This document shows positions 9,886 through 19,626 of a stretch of 64,000 bases of DNA, one piece after another. The first letter of the stretch is position 1. The number at the start of each line of letters is the position of its first letter. A program made the translations under genes and the position numbers. The DNA comes from Armatimonadota bacterium (lineage in GTDB: Bacteria > Armatimonadota > UBA5829 > DSUL01): NCBI GenBank assembly GCA_039811685.1, contig JBDHZC010000008.1:32001-96000 (forward strand). The letters are read 5' to 3'. Under the pieces are notes generated by a model. That model did no database searches. It worked only from the letters and a program-made list of their open reading frames with translations, and was not told the origin of the DNA.

Positions 9886-10481
9886 GTGGAGCCACCTTTG
9901 CCGGAATCTGACTGCGAAACGCTGCTATTTGCGAATCCGCTGAGCTTGAGGAACAGGGTGAATCTTATGGCCTGGAAGTTGTCAACCTGTAGAGTGTCCG
10001 AAGGGCCGAGGCGCACATCCTGAAAGGTTTTGCCCGAGCCCAGGGCTGTGGCGAGGCGGGCAACCGCCGTGAGATCCGCCGCTCCACCGTCAACCTGCAC
10101 AGTGCCGTCCTTCACCCCCGCTGTCACCCTGTTGAGCCACGAGTTAGCGGGCAAAGCAGTCGCTAGCACCTGCAAGCTGTCAATGACATCCAGGCCCCTG
10201 GCGGACAGCCTGTGATGCCAGCGCGCGAGATCCTGCCTGGTGCGCAGATCGCCAAGTTCTTGCCGATAAATCTGCGTCTGAGCGTTCGTGCGCTTCAGCC
10301 TCTGGGCCAGAAGGTCACGGCGCTCGTTAACACTTCCCATCCCGAAAAACCCAGCCGCCATTGCCAGAACATCAAAGGCCAGAAAAGCCACCAGCACACG
10401 CAGCCGCAGGAGCAGGACTCTACGGCAGAACTCACGTTCCGTAACTCTTGCGGAAGCCAGGCTCAGAGGAGTAATGTTCAT
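9882..10481 (-). CDS. pilN: PilN-domain protein
   Basis: TM, coiled coil, LPANSWLNRV...VQVDGGA...FQDVRL PilN signature. Confidence 0.8.
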   Translation of the reverse strand: MNITPLSLASARVTEREFCRRVLLLRLRVLVAFLAFDVLAMAAGFFGMGSVNERRDLLAQRLKRTNAQTQIYRQELGDLRTRQDLARWHHRLSARGLDVIDSLQVLATALPANSWLNRVTAGVKDGTVQVDGGAADLTAVARLATALGSGKTFQDVRLGPSDTLQVDNFQAIRFTLFLKLSGFANSSVSQSDSGKGGST

Positions 10482-10485
10482 GCGC

Positions 10486-11631
10486 TCAGGCCGCCTCCAG
10501 CTCCACCGCGTCTTCGGCTGTCACGAAGTGCCCCAACGCCAGCCCCATAGCAATGGCGTACGCTGGAGCCAGATTCTGTAGCCTGTCCACACTGAGGCGA
10601 CTGCTGAGCACGGACAGTCCCGAGAAAGGATTGACGGTCTTGACGTCGTAGTTCAGACGGTCTGCAAGGCAGGTATCCAGTCCACGCAGGACAACCCCGC
10701 CACCACCCAGCGTTACACGCCCGATCATTCCGAGATAGCTGCCTTCGGAGAACTGCGATTGGAAGTGACGCAGGCTGCGCCCAATTTCTCGAACCAGGCG
10801 ATCCAGCACAGCTTCACATGGCGCTTCGACCGTCCGACTGCCATCCATCGTGCGAAGAGTCCCACCAGTCTCAACGCGCGCAACAGCGGCCGTTTTTGCA
10901 GCCTCTCCTCGCGCGATGTCCCCGCCTGTGGCCTTGGCCAGGAGCAGCGTAAACTGGTTGCTCCCGACGGGGATGGAACGGGCAAACTCCAGCGCACTTC
11001 CCCGCGTGATGCACACAAGCGTACTGTCATACCCGATAACGCAGTGGGCCTCCGGCTGCCCGCTCCACAGAGCGCTTTTGTGCTTGTAACCGCATATTGC
11101 CCGCGTCACAGCCATCGGAGCCGGATCGACAGCGACCGGCTCAAGACCGGCTCGCTCGGCTGTGTCCATGAGGGTGTCAACGGCGGATTCGCGCGCCGCA
11201 ACGACCATCACATGGTTGATGAGACGCCCCCGGCGCTCTTTGGAGGAGAGAACGCGGTAGTCGGTAACAGCTTCGTGAGAAGGAAAGGTGATTCCACGAA
11301 CCGCCGCGTGCCGGACGATATCTTCCAGGACGTCGTCCGCTTCGACCTCCAGATGATGCCAGCGCATGTTGATGTGGCGCAGGTCTATTGAAGCAATGAC
11401 CTGAGAGCTGGAGAATCCACCCTGTCTCCAGAGGTTCCTGAGCGCGCCCGCGATGGCGGCACGGTCTTGAATGGCCCCGTCCACCACCGCACCCGGTGGA
11501 GTGGGCACCATATCCGCGCCATGCAGGAACAGCTCATCTGCGCGCCAGACCAGCTCGACTGCCTTGATAGCACTCGAACCGATGTCAATACCCGCGCATG
11601 CGTCCCGGGTTTTGCCGTACTCTCTGCCCAA
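10486..11631 (-). CDS. pilM: Type IV pilus assembly protein PilM (actin-like)
   Basis: GIDIGSSAIKAVEL, FARSIPVGSNQFT, LGGGG..LRGL, YAIAMGLAL. Confidence 0.92.
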   Translation of the reverse strand: MGREYGKTRDACAGIDIGSSAIKAVELVWRADELFLHGADMVPTPPGAVVDGAIQDRAAIAGALRNLWRQGGFSSSQVIASIDLRHINMRWHHLEVEADDVLEDIVRHAAVRGITFPSHEAVTDYRVLSSKERRGRLINHVMVVAARESAVDTLMDTAERAGLEPVAVDPAPMAVTRAICGYKHKSALWSGQPEAHCVIGYDSTLVCITRGSALEFARSIPVGSNQFTLLLAKATGGDIARGEAAKTAAVARVETGGTLRTMDGSRTVEAPCEAVLDRLVREIGRSLRHFQSQFSEGSYLGMIGRVTLGGGGVVLRGLDTCLADRLNYDVKTVNPFSGLSVLSSRLSVDRLQNLAPAYAIAMGLALGHFVTAEDAVELEAA

Positions 11632-11698
11632 AGGTCTCCTCTGTAAAGGTATCTCGGCAGAAAGGCGGCATTTCTTGAGCAGACGGCCCGGTGAGCGC

Positions 11699-12022
11699 TT
11701 AGCTGTTTATGAGTGTGAAAGAGGTTGCGTAGATGAAAAGATACGCCGCAATCGTGAACGTCTCGACTAATGCGCCCATCCGCGGACGCCTTGCCCGGTA
11801 CCAGGTGAGGACCGCGACGTAAGCCATAAGTGACCAGGCTTTGACGAGCGAAAAGACCAGCCATCCGTACGGCAAAAGTGAGCGCATAACGGGATTGGCT
11901 TCCACGGCGATGCCGGCCTCAAGGAGGATGATCGTGGAGATCAGATCGAGCAGCCCTATTATGACGAGGATGCGGCTTTGAACAGAAACGCATGTTCTGA
12001 GGAGGTTCATGTGTCTATTCAT
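11699..12022 (-). CDS. DUF5658-like small membrane protein
   Basis: LDLISTI...EANPVM...K pattern, three hydrophobic helices. Confidence 0.7.
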   Translation of the reverse strand: MNRHMNLLRTCVSVQSRILVIIGLLDLISTIILLEAGIAVEANPVMRSLLPYGWLVFSLVKAWSLMAYVAVLTWYRARRPRMGALVETFTIAAYLFIYATSFTLINS

Positions 12023-12127
12023 GCTACCCCGCCAACCAGAGGAAGACTACTGGCGGTATTGCCAGTTCTCACCTGCCCTGACAAGATATCTGAAGGAAAC
12101 TCCTGTTCCAGACTCAAACAGGCTCTT

Positions 12128-12820
12128 GTGAAACCGCAAATACTGTTACTCTTCACAGCGCTTGCCTGCGCAACCGGATCAGCAGGTGTACCCAAAGGCT
12201 CTCGCCACAATCTGCTCACGAACGGCGGATTTGAAGACTCAGGCAAGCGTCAGGACGGAGTGGCGGCGGGCTGGGAGACTCTGTGCGGAGGGCCTCATCC
12301 TGAGATATATGCTCTGGACACCGTTGTCCGCCACTCAGGAAGGCAGTCACAACGGATGGGAAGCGTGGGGTACAACTACCGCTGGACTGAAAGTGGAGGG
12401 TACTGTTTTGATAAAGCTGACGGCCGTGAACACAAGCACCCTGTCCCTCTGGAAATAGGAAATCAGGCTCTGGCGCAGACAACGAAACCTGGCGCCATCA
12501 AGCCAGGACACACCTACAAAGCCCGTGTCTGGGTTAAGATACAGGGGTTGACGGAGAAGTGGGAATGGTTCCGGCTAGGTATTTACTGGCTGGACGGCAA
12601 CGGGCAATTCATCAGCGAAGTGCGGGAGCCGGACGCAGACAAGCCAAATGTGGCATCGCACGACTGGAAGGCTGTTGAGGCAGCCGGCAAGGCGCCAGAG
12701 AGAGCAGCGGCTGCAAAGGTTTATCTGCACCATCACTTTACCCACGGAACAGTCTGGTACGACGATGTGAGCCTGACGGATGTCACAAGCGAACAGCAGG
12801 CTACTTCCTATGGGCCCTGA
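12128..12820 (+). CDS. Secreted carbohydrate-binding (CBM4/9-like jelly-roll) protein
   Basis: Signal-like N-terminus from GTG 12128; NLLTNGGFED...HSGRQSQ...GTVWYDDVSL. Confidence 0.7.
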   Translation: MKPQILLLFTALACATGSAGVPKGSRHNLLTNGGFEDSGKRQDGVAAGWETLCGGPHPEIYALDTVVRHSGRQSQRMGSVGYNYRWTESGGYCFDKADGREHKHPVPLEIGNQALAQTTKPGAIKPGHTYKARVWVKIQGLTEKWEWFRLGIYWLDGNGQFISEVREPDADKPNVASHDWKAVEAAGKAPERAAAAKVYLHHHFTHGTVWYDDVSLTDVTSEQQATSYGP

Positions 12821-13746
12821 CGCTCTCCGATAGAGGACCAGTCCAGAGCGCCCCTGGTTTTCAGAAACTCCAACGTCTGCTGCCGGGTTGGCAGGCCGGT
12901 GCGCCCACCCGGGTGCTGACACTTGATGGCGGCAACTGCGGCGGCAAACTCACAACAGCGCGGTGTGTCCCAGCCGCAGGCTATACCGTAGGCGAAAGCG
13001 CCGTGGAAGGCGTCTCCAGCCCCCGTTGTATCAACGACTTCTACGTAGAAAGCGCTGTCCCCACCACGCCCTACAGCATCAGAATAGACATAGCCTTCAC
13101 TGCCCAGGGTAATGACAGCAGTGGTTGGTCCCATCCCGTGTATCGTTTCTAGAGCCTCTGCAGGATCATCTGCACACCCCATCGCCTCCGCAAAGTGGCG
13201 TGGCGCTATGAGGACGTCAATGTGCTGGAGGAGCTCGTCGTTACGGGCATCGGGCGTCATGTCGGCAATAACCGGGACACCACCCGCACGGGCGACTTCG
13301 GCTGCTGCGCGGCTGAGATTTATGTAGTAGTCGTCCACCAGAAGCGCATGTGTGTGCTTGATTCCTCTGAGAGCTTCAGCAGGCCGGTTCCAGTACAAAT
13401 CCTGCGCCTGCCGATGGAAGATAGTGCGCTCCCCGCTTGCGGAGTCAACGTGAACAAAGCTGAAAGGACTCTTCGCACCCTCGACGCGCCAGACACAGGA
13501 CGTGGACACGCGCTCGTCATTGAGTTCGTCAATAATCTCATCACCAATGTCGTCATCCCCCAGCAGACTCCACAAATCGCAGGCCGCCCCCAGACGCGCG
13601 CACGCAACCAGCGCCGTCGCCACCAGGCCTCCACCCTGTTTGCGATAGTCTCGAATCCGGCCAGTGTTGCCAATGGGGACCTGTGGAGCGGTTACAATGT
13701 GGTCGAGACAGCAGATTCCAGCGCCTGCAATTCTTGGTGATGCCAT
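12808..13746 (-). CDS. PfkB-family carbohydrate kinase
   Basis: GGGLVATALVACARLG; VDTTGAGDAFHG PfkB signature. Confidence 0.93.
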   Translation of the reverse strand: MASPRIAGAGICCLDHIVTAPQVPIGNTGRIRDYRKQGGGLVATALVACARLGAACDLWSLLGDDDIGDEIIDELNDERVSTSCVWRVEGAKSPFSFVHVDSASGERTIFHRQAQDLYWNRPAEALRGIKHTHALLVDDYYINLSRAAAEVARAGGVPVIADMTPDARNDELLQHIDVLIAPRHFAEAMGCADDPAEALETIHGMGPTTAVITLGSEGYVYSDAVGRGGDSAFYVEVVDTTGAGDAFHGAFAYGIACGWDTPRCCEFAAAVAAIKCQHPGGRTGLPTRQQTLEFLKTRGALDWSSIGERQGP

Positions 13747-13865
13747 AGAGTTTTCCGGTGATGCTGACCTAGCTTGAATACATTATGACTGACGGCCGCC
13801 CGGCATGCCGTGGGAGCGCCAGGCTCCAGAGACGCTCTGACATAACCGCACTAATTGATGGACGG

Positions 13866-16430
13866 TTATTTCCCCGGTATCTTCAGAGTAGCGATCTTCC
13901 AGCCGCCGATCTCCAGTGGGCCGTGTTGTGGCTCTGCCTCCCGCTCCAGGAAATTCACCGACTGGGCCCCTTCGTTTGCAGCGCCTTCCAGACGGACGGC
14001 CATAGAGCCTTTCTGACCCGAGGTTTCCGCGAGCCGGGCGACAACGGAATCGTCCCGGTAGGATTTCATCAACGCTGTCAGAAGGATATTGTCGCTGCCC
14101 TGAAAGCTCCCATACGAATGCCGCTCACCCAACTTGCCTGAGCAGCTTTGTGGCATATGCGGCTGTAAAGGAGCGTTGATCTCTCGCGCTCTGCGCTCAA
14201 TGAGCGCTTCTCTAAAGTCACCCTTATGTGGGATAAGCGTGTGATGGAATACGTGAGAGCCGGCATCGCGCGCTCCGTCGAAGTCCGGGCAATCATAGTA
14301 TTCCGGCTCATTCAAGCACCATCGATCCGCCGGGCTGCGTAGTAGCGAAACCAAGAGCAGCCCCTCTTCAACACAATGTGATGGAGTTCCGGTGTTGACC
14401 AGTGCCACTCCACGCTCACTTTTCTGACAATGGACGTCCACCCAGTTGACAGCGGGCCAGTCGCCGTTCGTTGAAGGAAACTGGGTCATGTCCGGCGTGT
14501 AGGCCGCTCGCCTAAGTGCGCCGTAAGGAATCGAATAGGTGGCTTCGCTAGTTGCAATGCCGGTCGGAAAGGCCATCCGGATCCGCCGCTGTGCGCTGTC
14601 CCAGTCGATCTCTGTCTTGAAGTCAATGCGATCAACACCAGCGTAAAGTTTGACGGACTGCCGCCAGCTCAGGATGTGTGTCCCGCTGTCCTGACCACGG
14701 TATTGACCGGATAGAGCTATCTCCTGGCATTTGGACGCCTTCCGGATAGTCACCCTCGTGGTGTAGTCGCCGAGCCCTTCCCGGAACGCAGGCGCCTGCA
14801 TCGTGCCCCAGGGGTGGCCGATGTCCTCTTCGAGAATCAGCTCCCCGACGCGAAAATCAGCGGCTGACAACAAAGCCTCACCCGTGCGAACGTCGCTCAC
14901 AGATTCAATTCCGCTGGCGCTGCAGGAGATACGGAAGAACTCGTTGCTGATTTCTCCCGGGCCGGCAGTGATATCTCCGATGTTGATCGGAGCGCTGTCA
15001 GGTTGGATGTGTACGGTAGCGAATCCGAGAGCGGGAACTTCCGGTGGCGCAAAAGTGACCTGAACCATCTCGCCTTCAGCCGAGCAGTCCAGAATGTCTA
15101 TCTGCGTCCCATTCGGACCTGTCAGGCGTGGGACTCCCTGAACTCCTTCCAGAACGACTGACACGGGATCGTTGCGTTGCCAGGAATCAGCGTTGAAAAT
15201 GGCGATGGACTGCTCCGGCTCACCGGCGATCTCACAGGCCAGAGACTCAAGCGCATCCTCCAGCACATGGCCTGCTTCATGCTCTGCATGCCCAAGTATA
15301 TCAAGGATTTCAAAGTAAGCCTGATCAATATGGGTGCTGGTGATTGCGTCGTGAAAGGCGACAAATGACAGGTCCCGCCAGGCATCCAGCAACGCCTCTT
15401 CCGGATAATCAGCGCCGTGAAGGTAGGCCACCGCAGCCCAGCGCTCAGCAACATTCAGGATATTCTCTATGCGGCGGAACTCCTGCTTGATACGGATGCG
15501 GCTGACATAGCACCCCGTTGAAACTGGGTTGGCCTCGACCTCGTTTGAGGCCACAAAATCGCCCGCCTTCATACGCGCGATTTCCTCTGCGTAATACTGC
15601 GCGATGCTGTGGAAGCCTCCCCACTCAACAGCCACGTCAGCGCGGGTGGCAAATCTGGAGGCGATTTCCGGCAGGTGCGGACTTGGGACAGCCTCCTCCC
15701 CGCCAAAGGCCAGCAGCCAGAACGGGGACTGTGAAAAATCCTCGCCCAGAGCGCGCTGGATGTCGGCGTCCGGGATAAATCCACGCTCCACTTCAAGGCC
15801 CGTGTCCTGGCACTGAGCGCATCCCATTCCCTGACACACGGGACACGGCGGAATTTTGACGCAATGCCCGGCGCCACCACCGCGCGGCTCCTGTCCCGTA
15901 AAAATTGGTGTGCCATCGAGGCCTGTCCACACAGTCCCCGGTACGCGCTTGTAGCTGAGGCGGTGAACCATATCGCATTCGCAGCCCCGGAATATCTGCG
16001 GCATCTGGGCGCTCTGTCCAAAGGCGTCTTCCAGCCATCCATCAGACGGAATGACACCAAAGGCCTCCTCGAACCAGAGCTGCCCAATCACAAGATTGCG
16101 CAGGAGAGTCTCACCGGAGGGCATGTTAGTGTCAGGGACGACCTCCCCTGCGGCCGTCAGCTCAATACGACCGCGTCGAACAAGCTCCCGCACTTCTTCC
16201 AGACGCTCCGGATTGCGCTCAAGGAAGGTGCGAATGACCAGCGCCTGACCCTCGGACACGCTTGCGCCGGATTTCGCGTTGTCCAGCCAGATGTTGAAGA
16301 ACAGCTCTTCGAGCTCTGCATACGGACGATAGCGCTTTCCGAGATAGTCGAATGAACGTTTCCAGCCACGACGCCATATCGGGTCGAAGTGATTGTGCTG
16401 GACGAGACAAACGTGCGGTTTCTGCGACAT
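13866..16430 (-). CDS. Glycoside hydrolase family 38 (alpha-mannosidase-like)
   Basis: HNHFDPIW metal motif, PDTNMPSGETLLR, DAFG nucleophile motif, FHDAIT, SLLRSP. Confidence 0.88.
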   Translation of the reverse strand: MSQKPHVCLVQHNHFDPIWRRGWKRSFDYLGKRYRPYAELEELFFNIWLDNAKSGASVSEGQALVIRTFLERNPERLEEVRELVRRGRIELTAAGEVVPDTNMPSGETLLRNLVIGQLWFEEAFGVIPSDGWLEDAFGQSAQMPQIFRGCECDMVHRLSYKRVPGTVWTGLDGTPIFTGQEPRGGGAGHCVKIPPCPVCQGMGCAQCQDTGLEVERGFIPDADIQRALGEDFSQSPFWLLAFGGEEAVPSPHLPEIASRFATRADVAVEWGGFHSIAQYYAEEIARMKAGDFVASNEVEANPVSTGCYVSRIRIKQEFRRIENILNVAERWAAVAYLHGADYPEEALLDAWRDLSFVAFHDAITSTHIDQAYFEILDILGHAEHEAGHVLEDALESLACEIAGEPEQSIAIFNADSWQRNDPVSVVLEGVQGVPRLTGPNGTQIDILDCSAEGEMVQVTFAPPEVPALGFATVHIQPDSAPINIGDITAGPGEISNEFFRISCSASGIESVSDVRTGEALLSAADFRVGELILEEDIGHPWGTMQAPAFREGLGDYTTRVTIRKASKCQEIALSGQYRGQDSGTHILSWRQSVKLYAGVDRIDFKTEIDWDSAQRRIRMAFPTGIATSEATYSIPYGALRRAAYTPDMTQFPSTNGDWPAVNWVDVHCQKSERGVALVNTGTPSHCVEEGLLLVSLLRSPADRWCLNEPEYYDCPDFDGARDAGSHVFHHTLIPHKGDFREALIERRAREINAPLQPHMPQSCSGKLGERHSYGSFQGSDNILLTALMKSYRDDSVVARLAETSGQKGSMAVRLEGAANEGAQSVNFLEREAEPQHGPLEIGGWKIATLKIPGK

Positions 16431-16549
16431 AAATCTAAGGTAATCCTTGCCAGGGTTGCTGTCAGCCCGGAGGGCCAACAGGAGGTTAGTGAAGAGCAGC
16501 GCTTATCCCTGCGCACGGCGCCGCCTGAACAGGTAAAGCGGAGGGAGCG

Positions 16550-17404
16550 CTATGCGCCTGCCGCGCGCCGGGCGGCCTTGATGGTGTTCTCAAGCAGCAT
16601 GGCAATGGTCATCGGCCCTACCCCGCCCGGAACTGGAGTGATCCAGGATGCGACCTCACAGGTGGCCTGAAACTCCACATCGCCGACATGTGTCCCATCT
16701 TCAAAGCGGGTGTATCCCGCATCCAGCACACACGCACCCGGCTTGATCCAGCTCGCCTTGATCATTTCCGCCCGTCCCACTGCCGCTACCAGAATGTCCG
16801 CGTGCCGGCAGATGTCCGCCAGGTCTTTCGTGCGGCTGTGGCAGATTGTGACAGTCGCATGCTTCTCAAGCAGCATCAACGCCATCGGTTTTCCCAGAAT
16901 AATGCTGCGTCCAACGATAACCGCGGTCCTGCCTTCGATGGGTACGGCGTAGTGGGCCAACAAGCGCATCATGCCCTCCGGCGTGCAAGGGCGAAATCCC
17001 GGAAGTCCGACAATCAGACGGCCCAGGCTCAGTGTGGAAATGCCGTCCACGTCTTTGTTTACGAGGACCGCATCCAGAATTGGCTGCTCATCCAGATGGC
17101 GCGGCAATGGATGCTGCACCAGGATTCCGTGAACTTTTCCGCTGCCGCCCAGGCTATGGACCAGGTCGAGGACGTGTTCCTGAGAGGCATCCGCTGGCAA
17201 CTGGTGCACCTCCGAGTGCATCCCAATGGCCATCGAAGCCTTGCGCTTCATGTTCACATAGGCCACAGACCCCGGATCGTCACCGACTATCACGACATCC
17301 AGCCGAGGTGTCACGCCCGAGCTTTTTTGAAGCGCTTCCACCTCACCCGATAACTCTGTCCGAATGGTCTTTGCGAGCAACGAGCCATCAAGAATTGTTG
17401 CCAT
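16550..17404 (-). CDS. folD: Bifunctional methylenetetrahydrofolate dehydrogenase/cyclohydrolase
   Basis: HGILVQHPLP, KDVDG, PCTPEG, GRSIILGKP, ITPVPGGVGPMT. Confidence 0.97.
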   Translation of the reverse strand: MATILDGSLLAKTIRTELSGEVEALQKSSGVTPRLDVVIVGDDPGSVAYVNMKRKASMAIGMHSEVHQLPADASQEHVLDLVHSLGGSGKVHGILVQHPLPRHLDEQPILDAVLVNKDVDGISTLSLGRLIVGLPGFRPCTPEGMMRLLAHYAVPIEGRTAVIVGRSIILGKPMALMLLEKHATVTICHSRTKDLADICRHADILVAAVGRAEMIKASWIKPGACVLDAGYTRFEDGTHVGDVEFQATCEVASWITPVPGGVGPMTIAMLLENTIKAARRAAGA

Positions 17405-17846
17405 TGTGCCCTCTTCCCGCGCCAGCGCGCGAGGCTTCCTTTGCCCGGGCGCCTTCCAGCACCCCGTTTACAAACTTTGCTGACTCTGCCGTACTGTAGA
17501 GTTTAGCCAGCTCGATAGCTTCGTCCATCACGATACTCGACGGTGTTCCGACACGATCCATCTCATACAACGCCAGCCGAAGGATATTGCGATCAACGCT
17601 GGGCTGTCTCTCAGATGGCCACTCCGGAGCTAAGGCAGAAGCAATGCGGTCGGCTTCGGTGGCATAGTCCCAGGCCCCCCGCGCAAGCTCAACGCCTATT
17701 TCGAAGGATTCAGGAGCAACCTGAGCATTCTCTGACGCGGTCCTGACGGCATCATCCAACCCGATTTTGGCGACGTCAACCTGAAAAAGCAGATTGAGAG
17801 CCATCTCGCGGGCCGAGCGCATAACCTTCCTGAGAGGTTTTTTCAT
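17388..17846 (-). CDS. nusB: Transcription antitermination factor NusB
   Basis: RSAREMALNLLFQ, VDRNILRLALYE, EAIELAKLY, FVNGVL. Confidence 0.95.
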   Translation of the reverse strand: MKKPLRKVMRSAREMALNLLFQVDVAKIGLDDAVRTASENAQVAPESFEIGVELARGAWDYATEADRIASALAPEWPSERQPSVDRNILRLALYEMDRVGTPSSIVMDEAIELAKLYSTAESAKFVNGVLEGARAKEASRAGAGRGHNGNNS

Positions 17847-19213
17847 GCCGCAGCGCGACCGTTGCTCGCTATGAGGTTAGTCACGAAGTTGGTCGTGAAC
17901 TCGCCCTTGCGGTAGTCAGCATGCTGCAGAATCTTCGCGTGCACCGCGGCGTTGGTCTTTATGCCCTCAACCTGAAGCTCTGAGAGACACCGCAGCATCC
18001 GATCGATGGCCTCCGTCCGATCGTGCCCCCACACGATCAGCTTGCCAAGCAGCGGATCGTAGTACGGTGGGACAGTGTAGTCCTGATAGACGTAGGAGTC
18101 GATGCGCACGCCCGGACCCCCTGGCCAGTTGAGCTTGCTGATGGTGCCCGAGGACGGCTTGAAATCGTTGTCCGGGTCTTCGGCAGTGATACGGCATTCT
18201 ATCGCATGTCCGTTGGGCCTGATGTCCTTCTGGGAAAACGGCAGTTTTTCACCGTTGGCGATCGCAAGCTGCAGTTTGACCAGATCCAGACCTACCGTCG
18301 CTTCTGTTACGGGATGCTCCACCTGAATGCGCGTGTTCATCTCCATAAAGTAGAAGTTGCGCTCTGAATCCACCAGAAACTCAATAGTTCCAGCGCTGAA
18401 GTATCCGACTGCCTTCGCCGCTCGCACAGCCGCTTCGCCCATCGCATGCCGAGTTTTTTCGTCCAGGACCGGACATGGCGCCTCCTCAATCATCTTCTGG
18501 CGGCGGTTGTTCTGGATAGAACACTCGCGCTCTCCCAGATGCACACACGCGCCGTGCTTGTCCGCCAGCACCTGCACCTCCACATGGCGCGCTTTCTCGA
18601 TGAGCTTCTCCATATAGACATCGCCCACCCCGAAGGCCGCTTCCGCCTCTGTTGTGGCGGTCCTGAGAGCAGCCAGCAGATCGTCCGGGCGATCTACCCT
18701 GCGGATTCCCCGTCCGCCGCCGCCAGCGGAAGCCTTGATGAGCAGAGGAAATCCCATACGCGAAGCCGTTCTCATCGCCTCCTGCTCATTGGTGATGATT
18801 CCCTTGGCCCCGGGAATAACCGGGACTTTGGCTTTTTCGACTATCTCTCTGGCTTTTGCCTTGTCACCCATGGACTCGATCGCTGAAGCAGGCGGGCCGA
18901 TGAACTGAAGGTTGCAGGCTTCACATGCTTCAGTGAAGCTGGGAGATTCTGAAAAGTAGCCATAGCCTGGATGGATTGCGTCCGCTCCGGTGATGATGGC
19001 GGCGCTGATAATGTTGGGCATGTGCAGATAGCTGTCTTTACTGGACGCAGGGCCAACGCAAACCGCCTCATCTGCAAGCTGGACGTGCAGACTGTCCTGA
19101 TCCGCCTCCGAATAAACCGCTACTGAGGCCACGCCAAGCTCGCGACATGCGCGGATGATTCTGACGGCAATCTCACCCCGGTTCGCTATCAGCACCTTTT
19201 TGATTGCGCCCAT
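17843..19213 (-). CDS. accC: Acetyl-CoA carboxylase biotin carboxylase subunit
   Basis: KVLIANRGEIA, HPGYG, GGGGRG, EMNTRIQVEHPVTE. Confidence 0.97.
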   Translation of the reverse strand: MGAIKKVLIANRGEIAVRIIRACRELGVASVAVYSEADQDSLHVQLADEAVCVGPASSKDSYLHMPNIISAAIITGADAIHPGYGYFSESPSFTEACEACNLQFIGPPASAIESMGDKAKAREIVEKAKVPVIPGAKGIITNEQEAMRTASRMGFPLLIKASAGGGGRGIRRVDRPDDLLAALRTATTEAEAAFGVGDVYMEKLIEKARHVEVQVLADKHGACVHLGERECSIQNNRRQKMIEEAPCPVLDEKTRHAMGEAAVRAAKAVGYFSAGTIEFLVDSERNFYFMEMNTRIQVEHPVTEATVGLDLVKLQLAIANGEKLPFSQKDIRPNGHAIECRITAEDPDNDFKPSSGTISKLNWPGGPGVRIDSYVYQDYTVPPYYDPLLGKLIVWGHDRTEAIDRMLRCLSELQVEGIKTNAAVHAKILQHADYRKGEFTTNFVTNLIASNGRAAA

Positions 19214-19623
19214 CAGCCCTCCTCTTTCAGTGTCATCAGCAGTTGTCCGTATTCGACCGGAGAACCGTCCTCAACCAGAAGCTCTTCCACTGTTCCACCG
19301 ACTGACGCCGTCAACTCATTCATCAGCTTCATGGATTCAATCAACCCGACGACCTGTCCCGGCTGGACGGTCATACCGGGCGCAAGGCCATCCGCATGGC
19401 GATAAATGCCCACCATTGCCGCACAAATGCGGTGAAGCGGAGCGGCAGCAGGTTCAGGAGCGCCCTCCAGATCAGACGCCTGCGCTTCAGGCTCGTCCTC
19501 TTCCGGCGGCAGTTCCTGCCCGCGCCTGAGCTTCACAGACAAACCATTGGCGCTGACCTCGAGCTCGCTTACCGCGGAGCGCTGCAGCAGTCTGATCAAA
19601 TCTTCTACTACGTCAATATCCAA
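19213..19623 (-). CDS. accB: Biotin carboxyl carrier protein
   Basis: IESMKLMNE biotinylation motif, PVEYGQLL; adjacent to accC. Confidence 0.92.
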   Translation of the reverse strand: MDIDVVEDLIRLLQRSAVSELEVSANGLSVKLRRGQELPPEEDEPEAQASDLEGAPEPAAAPLHRICAAMVGIYRHADGLAPGMTVQPGQVVGLIESMKLMNELTASVGGTVEELLVEDGSPVEYGQLLMTLKEEG

Positions 19624-19626
19624 ATG

